DNA from: Eledone cirrhosa
Taxonomy: Eukaryota
Direction: 5' to 3'
Assembly: GCA_964016885.1 (NCBI GenBank)
Contig: OZ024742.1
Span: 151,962,001-152,026,000, forward strand
DNA length: 64,000 nt
The translations under genes and the position numbers were made by a program. Shown here in pieces: positions 22,555-31,848 of the stretch. The notes beneath the pieces are model-generated. The model searched no databases. It saw only the letters and a program-made list of their open reading frames with translations, and had not been told where the DNA came from. Each line of letters starts with the position of its first letter. The first letter of the stretch is position 1.

Positions 22555-25500
22555 ATGGATGTGTTAAGAGTAGGATGTTTGAATGCACGTGGCCTGGGCT
22601 CAACTTGGAAGCAAGCAAAGCTTCTAAATGACCTCAGGTCATGTAGTATAAATGTAATGGTTATCTGTGAGACTCGAATCAGCGTCATGCGGCAGCTGGC
22701 CCCCACCTTCGATGACTTTGAGGTGCATGCATCTCTCTGTCAACCTGGAGGTGGGGGTGGGGTTGTCGTGCTGCTGCAAAAACACCTGGGTCTTGCCGTA
22801 CAGGTTGTGCACTCGGACCCGGAGGGTCGTTTGTTGGTGCTAGACGTTGGCAGTAGTGAAAGTGCGGCCTTGAGACTGGTCGCCGTCTACTCCCCTTTCG
22901 GAGCTGAACGGCCCGACTTCTTCCAGCGTTTGGAGACTTTTCTGGGAACGTCGCGTTCCCTGCTTCTAGCGGGGGATTGGAATGACATCCTAGATGCACG
23001 TTGGGACTATGCAGGAGCATGTCCTAATAGAGGGGGGTGTAACAGCCTCAAGGGGTTACTCGACCGTTTTAACTTGGTCGATAGATATCGACTAGATTTT
23101 CCAACTGTGCCTACCTGGACTTGGAGAAACCACAGTGGTCAATCTAGATCGTACTTAGATAGATTCTTAGTTAGAAGTAAGGATAGGGACATATTAAGCT
23201 GTCCAGAAATGCGCACGGTTGGCTACACGGATCACAAATTAGTGACCTGCGTGGTCAATCTCGAGAAAACACATAGACAGGGTCCCGGTTACTGGAAACT
23301 TAATTTGTCTTTACCGGCAAAAGAGACTTACAGAAACCGGATTAGCAGATTAGTTAAGGAGAGGTTGACGGGTGCAATCGTCAACAACCGATGGTGGGCA
23401 TCTCTCAAAAGAGAGATTAGAACAGAATCAATAAGTTATAGCAAGATGTTAGCTGCCAATAGGAATAGAAACGAGAAAGAATTAACAGGTAAATTAGAAG
23501 AGGCAATCAAGAGCGAAGATGTGGCCAGAGTGCTGGCATCGAGGACGGCCTTGAACCAGTTTTTCGATGCAAAGCATGAAGGCTGCGTCATTCGAAGTAA
23601 AATACGTGCTCTAGGTAATGAGGGGGCCAAAGCCGTTGGATGGGCCCGCGTGACAGAAGCTAAAAGTGGAAATCGATCCACCATCCGGTCGTTGCAAGAC
23701 GAAGATGGACGAGTGATCCGGGAGCCTAAGCAGATGTGCGAGGCCTTTCAAAAGCACTTTGCCCGATTGTTCGGGGGAGGCGAGGGTCCGGGCCGGGGCG
23801 TGGATTTCGGTCCATACCTCGACGGCCTGCCGCGTCTCTCGAACAAAGAGGCAGAGTCCTGCGAGGGACCAATCTCGGCTGATGAGATCGGAGATGCGCT
23901 GAGCCAATGCAGCAGACGCAAATCTCCAGGTCTCGATGGTATACCTTACGAACTTTATTTAGCAATGCCGGTCTTCTTCTCCGAACTCCTCGCAGCGGTC
24001 TACTGCAATTGGCAGCAGAACGGGAGAATTCCTTGTTCTGTAGCCAAGGGCGTAGTCACGCTGGTGAGGAAGGACGAGAAAAAGGGGGATAGTATAAATA
24101 ATTTTCGACCCATAACCCTGCTAAACACAGAGTTAAAGATTTTGGCCAAGGTGTTAGCAAAGAGGTTGGCGCTTGTCGTGGGTGGCCTGGTGGGAGATGC
24201 GCAGACATGTGCTATCCCATCCAGGTCCATTCACGATAACCTCCACCTCATGCGATACATCATAGAGAGGGTTGGCAACAAACCCGGCTTCGGTGGGGCC
24301 CTGATCAACTTGGATCAGTCTAAGGCCTTCGATAGGGTCGACCATGGTTACCTGGATGCGGTGCTAGTGGCGGCTGGGTTCGGTCCTGTTTTCAGAGGCT
24401 GGATCACTGCCCTACATAGCAACCACATCTGTTCTAGGATCAAGGTGAACGGCTACCTTTCGAAGCCGTTCGAAATCACACGATCCATTCGACAGGGGTG
24501 CCCTCTCTCCTCCCTTCTGTACGTATTGACTCTCGAGCCTTTACTGAGGAAGTTGGAGTTGTTGCAGGGTATCCCCCTGGAACCAGGATTGAGCAAAGCG
24601 GTGTCGGCCTACGCCGATGACGTAACAGTAATGGTATCAACCGACTCGGAGATCGAGGCGATCGGTACCTTACTGGAGGAGTACGAAAGGTTGTCAGGAG
24701 CGAAACTGAACCGGGAAAAATCCATCGGGCTGCAACTCGGAACGTGGAGAGGCAGACCGATGCCTCCTGACGGTGTCGTCGGACACTGGACGGAGGGCCC
24801 GGTAAAGTTGCTTGGGGTCTGGTTTGGACCGGACCTCCAGGTGGAAAAGAACTGGAACGAGGTTACGAACAAGGTGTTTGCACTAACCCAGAAATGGGCC
24901 AAGTGTAAGCTGTCCCTAAAAGGCCGGGCGGAGGTGGCGAACATTTACATAGCGTCCGTCACTTACTACCGCCTGACTGTCGTGCCTTGCCCTAAGGAAA
25001 CACTCACCACCATGGAACGCATGCTCTTCCAATTTCTTTGGAAGAAGCGTCCTCCTATGGTGAGAAGATCCATCTGCTGCCAACAACCTTCGAAAGGAGG
25101 GCTGGGGATGCCGTGGTTGATGATGCGTAGGCACGCATTAAGGCTACGGCACCTACAGGTATTCCTCACTGGTCAACCGGTGTGGGCTCCGTTCGTGAAA
25201 CGAGCCTTTCCGAGACTCGTCTCACTCACCGAGCTACAGTCCTGGGTCAAGCAAAGATCCGGAAAACTGGGAGACTGGCACACTGAGTGTGCTCAGGCGC
25301 TCAGGGCTCTCTGGCAAGCGGGCCGGGCCATCGGTGGAGAATCCACCTCATCATTCTATAGAGGGCTGGTGGCTAGCAGGGGCGATGACACCCTTGGAGA
25401 GTCGCTGGACATGGAAGAAGACGAACTGGCCAGCCTGTTCGGTAGGACTTTCGGCCCGGGACCAATGGACAACTTCCAGAAGTCACTGGCCTGGCAGTGC

Positions 25501-25992
25501 TACCGAGGGGCTCTACCCGTTCGAGAGAGGCTCTACAGACACGGGCGCCCGGGCAGGGATCCCTCAAAAAAGATTTGCCCTAGGTGCGTGCGTCACGAAG
25601 AAACCGTGGCGCACGCATTGGTGCAATGTCCTGGCGTGGCTGATCTGTGGGGCTACGCCGAACAACTGCTGTCGCGGGTGGCGCCGATTAAATTGACCGC
25701 CGAGTCCGTGATGACAATCAAACCGCCTCCCCTCTTCACAAAGGAAGCAAAGGCGGTTTTTCTGTGCGTAATAGCCATGTTGAAAGAGGTTGTTTGGTGG
25801 ACACGATTGAAAGGTCTGAGGTCAGGCAACTTCCTCTCTGGCCATAGTCTGGTCTACTTCTTCCGATATCACTTCGGAAGAAGGATAAGAATGGAGAGAG
25901 AGGTGCTTGGCCACAGGCAGTTTTATGAAAGGTGGGTGATAGTGGCGAGAATGGCTCGTGTAAATGGGCCTTCTCTGTATACCATCCTGTAG
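22555..25992 (+). CDS. T2 ORF2, intact 1145 aa: APE endonuclease + reverse transcriptase + C-terminal zinc finger
   Basis: EN: LNARG, CETR, VAVYSP, GDWN, SYLDRF, TDH. RT: KSPGLDG, FRPITLLN, DQSKAFDRV, SIRQGCPLS, YADD, LLGV. Zinc finger: CPRC..HALVQC. Confidence 0.95.
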   Translation: MDVLRVGCLNARGLGSTWKQAKLLNDLRSCSINVMVICETRISVMRQLAPTFDDFEVHASLCQPGGGGGVVVLLQKHLGLAVQVVHSDPEGRLLVLDVGSSESAALRLVAVYSPFGAERPDFFQRLETFLGTSRSLLLAGDWNDILDARWDYAGACPNRGGCNSLKGLLDRFNLVDRYRLDFPTVPTWTWRNHSGQSRSYLDRFLVRSKDRDILSCPEMRTVGYTDHKLVTCVVNLEKTHRQGPGYWKLNLSLPAKETYRNRISRLVKERLTGAIVNNRWWASLKREIRTESISYSKMLAANRNRNEKELTGKLEEAIKSEDVARVLASRTALNQFFDAKHEGCVIRSKIRALGNEGAKAVGWARVTEAKSGNRSTIRSLQDEDGRVIREPKQMCEAFQKHFARLFGGGEGPGRGVDFGPYLDGLPRLSNKEAESCEGPISADEIGDALSQCSRRKSPGLDGIPYELYLAMPVFFSELLAAVYCNWQQNGRIPCSVAKGVVTLVRKDEKKGDSINNFRPITLLNTELKILAKVLAKRLALVVGGLVGDAQTCAIPSRSIHDNLHLMRYIIERVGNKPGFGGALINLDQSKAFDRVDHGYLDAVLVAAGFGPVFRGWITALHSNHICSRIKVNGYLSKPFEITRSIRQGCPLSSLLYVLTLEPLLRKLELLQGIPLEPGLSKAVSAYADDVTVMVSTDSEIEAIGTLLEEYERLSGAKLNREKSIGLQLGTWRGRPMPPDGVVGHWTEGPVKLLGVWFGPDLQVEKNWNEVTNKVFALTQKWAKCKLSLKGRAEVANIYIASVTYYRLTVVPCPKETLTTMERMLFQFLWKKRPPMVRRSICCQQPSKGGLGMPWLMMRRHALRLRHLQVFLTGQPVWAPFVKRAFPRLVSLTELQSWVKQRSGKLGDWHTECAQALRALWQAGRAIGGESTSSFYRGLVASRGDDTLGESLDMEEDELASLFGRTFGPGPMDNFQKSLAWQCYRGALPVRERLYRHGRPGRDPSKKICPRCVRHEETVAHALVQCPGVADLWGYAEQLLSRVAPIKLTAESVMTIKPPPLFTKEAKAVFLCVIAMLKEVVWWTRLKGLRSGNFLSGHSLVYFFRYHFGRRIRMEREVLGHRQFYERWVIVARMARVNGPSLYTIL

Positions 25993-26206
25993 GTAAAGAA
26001 GTAAAGGAGAGGGGAGCACCTTCTCCATGTGCTCCCCGGGCAAAGGATTGCACACTTTTTCGGGGGTGTGTGCAACCCCCATCACGTCCCCTCCCTTTTG
26101 AGGTTATTTTCGATTATTTTCATGTTACACCCTTTTTACTCGATTATATGTAAACTCCCCCTTTGTATTTGTCCCTTCTTTTTATGCCTTTATGGTAAAT
26201 AAAGAA

Positions 26207-26244
<38 letters not shown>

Positions 26245-26251
26245 TAATCTA
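26207..26251. repeat. (ATCT)n spacer between T2 and T3
   Basis: Direct reading; ends TATTAATCTA. Confidence 0.97.
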
Positions 26252-29200
26252 GCTGTCGTCTGTTCTACAGTGTGGATGTCATTCACTTCGCAAAGAAGTT
26301 TTGTTCAAATTTATTAAGGAAATTTTGTGAGTTCAAACTTAATTTTGATACAATTGTGTAGATTGACCCTCCGTCTGAACTGTCAGGCGGTGGGTCAGCT
26401 CATCTTTACCCCTCCTAGAGGTGAAAAACCTGTTTTAAAAAATTTTGTGTGAAAAATTTCAATCGTCTAACAGAAATGTTAAACGCAGCGAACGAAAATA
26501 GTGGTGGGGGGACAGCGGTAAGAGTTGTAAGCTCGCACGCTTTAGTCCTCCCTTCCTTCCCAACTAACGTCATAGAGAAGGAAGGAAAAATTAAAATAAA
26601 AACAGACGAATCTGCGGAGAAAAAATTAAATGACGAAAACACAAATCTGGACTTGGATTCCAACAACGAAAAAAAAAAATTTGAAAAATTGCATGACAAT
26701 ACTAATAACACAAACAAAGACACAACAAACACAAAAATAACAGTTGAAAATAACACCATATCAGAAAACAAAGCAGACGACAAGATTTCATTTGCACAGA
26801 AAACAAAGAAATCTTTGACTTATATAGCGGAAAACATTTCAGATGTGGTACGAAGGATCACGGACGCCAAACAATACATAAGTGAAGGAGAGAATGGTAT
26901 TTTATCGGTAAAAATGCCTCAAGAATTCACGAAAGACATTGAAAGCCGAACGGTCAAGTTTCGGACCATGAACAACAGTACAAAAGAACCTGAACAGCCT
27001 TCTCAAGCAGATATCAAAACAGTACTCACAGAAGTACTTAATGAAACCACTTTCATAAGAAAAGACAGACTGTATGGAAGCCTAGCAATTATCATGAAGA
27101 ACGAATCGGCGGCAAAAAAATGTGCTTTGTCACCGATTCGTTCGAAAAAATTTACCTTTTATCCATCTTATATGGGGAAAAGAACTCAACGCATATGGCT
27201 GGATGCAATGATGCCAGATGTGGACTACTGTTGGCTCATAGCTGGCTTCATCGATCCAGTGAATGACGACGTGATTTCCATTGGGAAAACCACAGGCAAT
27301 GCGTTCAGTGGAACAGGTATAGAGCTGGTAGTACAAATGAAGCCTGAACGCATCGCCCAAATACCCGACAGAATCCTATTATAGGACCACGGGTATATAA
27401 ACATTAGCGTGGAGGGGAGAAGGCCGTCCTGCCATATCTGTGCAGGCAGAGGGCACCTGAAGGCCGCTTGTCCCCAACTCAACAAAAAGAAAACCCTGCT
27501 ACCAACACCAGCTCCACCACCACCACCACAACAGATAAACAAACAACAAAACTCAGTCCCACCCAACCCGTCCCTCAGTAAAACCACAACACCACCACAA
27601 CACAAACAGTCACAACACATTACCCCAAAACAAAATACAGGCCCACCCAACCTCTCACTCAATAAAACAACACAACCACCGCAGACACAACACACAACAC
27701 AGTCTAACATAGTGACATCCATCTCCCCCACAAAGAAAACCAACACGGAAACATTACCAGCAAACATACCTCTTCCCTCCAACACTGAAGATAACCCAAC
27801 GAATTCGGAGGAAGAAACGGAGTCCTTCAGACAGATTAAAAGGAAAAAAAGAAAACATGTGCAAAACACACAAGGACAAACAACCCCCACCCAAATCTCA
27901 ACACAATCCAACAAAACAGAAAACACCCCTCCAGCAACAAACAAAACCAAACCTGCCCCTCCCCTCTTCGAAACACTCACACCATCGGAAAAAAAGACAT
28001 TACACTATACTTACATCAACAGAAACAATAATAAATTAAATGAGCTCATATACAATAATCCTTCGGTACAAACCGAAGGTGTAAACTTTGTTTCGTCAGA
28101 AAACTACCCTCATTTAAAACTAATAAAGATCCCAATGAACCTCTACCAAAAACTAAAAAAGGATTTTAAGGAGCACGTAGGACCACCCTCTGTCAAACCC
28201 ATAAACCGCGTCCTACTAAAAAGCTTTCCCCCTCCCCTTCCCCTCCCCAACACAACTCCAAACACCCCAACCCCACCACACACTGACGACCCCACACCAC
28301 CACAAGACACCCCTTCACCCAACACCCACGACCCCATGGAAGTCGTGCAAACCCGAACCCCGGGAAACGGAAAGGTAGGTCTCTACACTCTCCTTTGGCT
28401 CTGCCGCCCACATGGATGTGTTAAGAGTAGGATGTTTGAATGCACGTGGCCTGGGCTCAACTTGGAAGCAAGCAAAGCTTCTAAATGACCTCAGGTCATG
28501 TAGTATAAATGTAATGGTTATCTGTGAGACTCGAATCAGCGTCGTGCGGCAGCTGGCCCCCACCTTCGATGACTTTGAGGTGCATGCATCTCTCTGTCAA
28601 CCTGGAGGTGGGGGTGGGGTTGTCGTACTGCTGCAAAAACACTTGGGTCTTGCCGTACAGGTTGTGCACTCGGACCCGGAGGGTCGTTTGATGGTGCTAG
28701 ACGTTGGCAGTAGTGAAAGTGCGGCCTTGAGACTGGTCGCCGTCTACTCCCCTTACGGAGCTGAACGGCCCGACTTCTTCCAGCGTTTGGAGACTTTTCT
28801 GGGAACGTCGCGTTCCCTGCTTCTAGCGGGGGATTGGAATGACATCCTGGATGCACGTTGGGACTATGCAGGAGCATGTCCTAATAGAGGGGGGTGTAAC
28901 AGCCTCAAGGGGTTACTCGACCGTTTTAACTTGGTCGATAGATATCGACTAGATTTTCCAACTGTGCCTACCTGGACTTGGAGAAACCACAGTGGTCAAT
29001 CTAGATCGTACTTAGATAGATTCTTAGTTAGAAGTAAGGATAGGGACATATTAAGCTGTCCAGAAATGCGCACGGTTGGCTACACGGATCACAAATTAGT
29101 GACCTGCGTGGTCAATCTCGAGAAAACACATAGACAGGGTCCCGGTTACTGGAAACTTAATTTGTCTTTACCGGCAAAAGAGACTTACAGAAACCGGATT

Positions 29201-31826
29201 AGCAGATTAGTTAAGGAGAGGTTGACGGGTGCAATCGTCAACAACCGATGGTGGGCATCTCTCAAAAGAGAGATTAGAACAGAATCAATAAGTTATAGCA
29301 AGATGTTAGCTGCCGATAGGAATAGAAACGAGAAAGAATTAACAGGTAAATTAGAAGAGGCAATCAAGAGCGAAGATGTGGCCAGAGTGCTGGCATCAAG
29401 AACGGCCTTGAACCAGTTTTTCGATGCAAAGCACGAAGGCTGTGTCATTCGAAGTAAAATACGTGCTCTAGGTAATGAGGGGGCCAAAGCCGTTGGATGG
29501 GCCCGCGTGACAGAAGCTAAGAGTGGAAATCGATCCACCATCCGGTCGTTGCAAGACGAAGATGGACGGGTGATCCGGGAGCCTAAGCAGATGTGCGAGG
29601 CCTTTCAAAGGCACTTTGCCCGATTGTTCGGGGGAGGCGAGGGTCCGGGCGGGGGCGTGGATTTCGGTCCATACCTCGACGGCCTGCCGCGTCTCTCGAA
29701 CGAAGAGGCAGAGTCCTGCGAGGGACCAATCTCGGCTGATGAGATCGGAGATGCGCTGAGCCAATGCAGCAGACGCAAATCTCCAGGTCTCGATGGTATA
29801 CCTTACGAACTTTATTTAGCAATGCCGGTCTTCTTCTCCGAACTCCTCGAAGCGGTCTACTGCAATTGGCAGCAGAACGGGGGAATTCCTTGTTCTGTAG
29901 CCAAGGGCGTAGTCACGCTGGTGAGGAAGGACGAGAACAAGGGGGATAATGTAAGTAATTTTCGGCCCATAACCCTGCTAAACACAGAGTTAAAGATTTT
30001 GGCCAAGGTGTTAGCAAAGAGGTTGGCGCTTGTCGTGGGTGGCCTGGTGGGAGATGCGCAGACATGTGCTATCCCATCCAGGTCCATTCACGATAACCTC
30101 CACCTCATGCGATACATCATAGAGAGGGTTGGCAACAAACCCGGCTTCGGTGGGGCCCTGATCAATTTAGATCAGTCTAAGGCCTTCGATAGGGTCGACC
30201 ATGGTTACCTGGATGCGGTGCTAGCGGCGGCTGGGTTCGGTCCTGTTTTCAGAGGCTGGATCACTGCCCTACATAGCAACCACATCTGTTCTAGGATCAA
30301 GGTGAACGGCTACCTTTCGAAGCCGTTCGAAATCACACGATCCATTCGACAGGGGTGCCCTCTCTCCTCCCTTCTGTACGTATTGACTCTCGAGCCTTTA
30401 CTGAGGAAGTTGGAGTTGTTGCAGGGTATCCCCCTGGAACAAGGATTGAGCAAAGCGGTGTCGGCCTACGCCGATGACGTAACAGTAATGGTATCGACCG
30501 ACTCGGAGATCGAGGCGATCGGTACCTTACTGGAGGAGTACGAAAGGTTGTCAGGAGCGAAACTGAACCGGGAAAAATCCATCGGGCTGCAACTCGGAAC
30601 GTGGAGAGGCAGACCGATGCCTCCTGACGGTGTCGTCGGACACTGGACGGAGGGCCCGGTAAAGTTGCTTGGGGTCTGGTTTGGACCGGACCTCCAGGTG
30701 GAAAAGAACTGGAACGAGGTTACGAACAAGGTGTTTGCACTAACCCAGAAATGGGCCAAAAGGCCGGGCGGAGGTGGCGAACATTTACATAGCGTCCGTC
30801 ACTTACTACCGCCTGACTGTCGTGCCTTGCCCTAAGGAAACACTCACCACCATGGAACGCATGCTCTTCCAATTTCTTTGGAAGAAGCGTCCTCCTATGG
30901 TGAGAAGATCCATCTGCTGCCAACAACCTTCGAAAGGAGGGCTGGGAATGCCGTGGTTGATGATGCGTAGGCACGCATTAAGGCTACGGCACCTACAGGT
31001 ATTCCTCACTGGTCAACCGGTGTGGGCTCCGTTCGTGAAACGAGCCTTTCCGAGACTCGTCTCACTCACCGAGCTACAGTCCTGGGTCAAGCAAAGATCC
31101 GGAAAACTGGGAGACTGGCACACTGAGTGTGCTCAGGCGCTCAGGGCTCTCTGGCAAGCGGGCCAGGCCATCGGTGGAGAATCTACCTCATCATTCTATA
31201 GAGGGCTGGTGGCTAGCAGGTGCGATGACACCCTTGTAGAGTCGCTGGACATGGAAGAAGACGAACTGGCCAGCCTGTTCGGTAGGAATTTCGGCCCAGG
31301 ACCGATTAAATAGACCGCCGAGTCCGTGATGACAATCAAACCGCCTCCCCTCTTCACAAAGGAAGCAAAGGCGGTTTTTTTTTGTGCGTAATAGCCATGT
31401 TGAAAGAGGTTGTTTGGTGGACACGATTGAAAGGTCTGAGGTCAGGCAACTTCCTCTCTGGCCATAGTCTGGTCTACTTCTTCCGATATCACTTCGGAAG
31501 AAGGATAAGAATGGAGAGAGAGGTGCTTGGCCACAGGCAGTTTTATGAAAGGTGGGTGATAGTGGCGAGAATGGCTCGTGTAAATGGGCCTTCTCTGTAT
31601 ACCATCCTGTAGGTAAAGAAGTAAAGGAGAGGAGAGCACCTTCTCCATGTGCTCCCCGGGCAAAGGATTGCACACTTTTTCGGGGGTGTGTGCAACCCCC
31701 ATCACGTCCCCTCCCTTTTGAGGTTATTTTCGATTATTTTCATGTTACACCCTTTTTACTCGATTATATGTAAACTCCCCCTTTGTATTTGTCCCTTCTT
31801 TTTATGCCTTTATGGTAAATAAAGAA
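26252..31826 (+). mobile_element. Tx1 copy T3 (family A), full 5' end, inactivated
   Basis: Near-identical to T2. ORF1 from 26476 has a premature TAG at 27382. ORF2 from 28412 has a 17-bp deletion near 30758 and a 222-bp deletion near 31303 removing the zinc finger. Confidence 0.95.
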
Positions 31827-31848
31827 ATCTATCTATCTATCTATCTAT
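31827..31848. repeat. (ATCT)5 spacer between T3 and T4
   Basis: Direct reading. Confidence 0.95.

Larger units (their letters stand above)
20416..26206 (+). mobile_element. Full-length Tx1-clade LINE copy T2 (family A, ~5.8 kb)
   Basis: 5' end GCTGTCGTCTGTTC shared with T3 and T5; ORF1 + intact ORF2; 3' UTR with AATAAA (26198-26203) followed by (ATCT)n. Confidence 0.95.
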
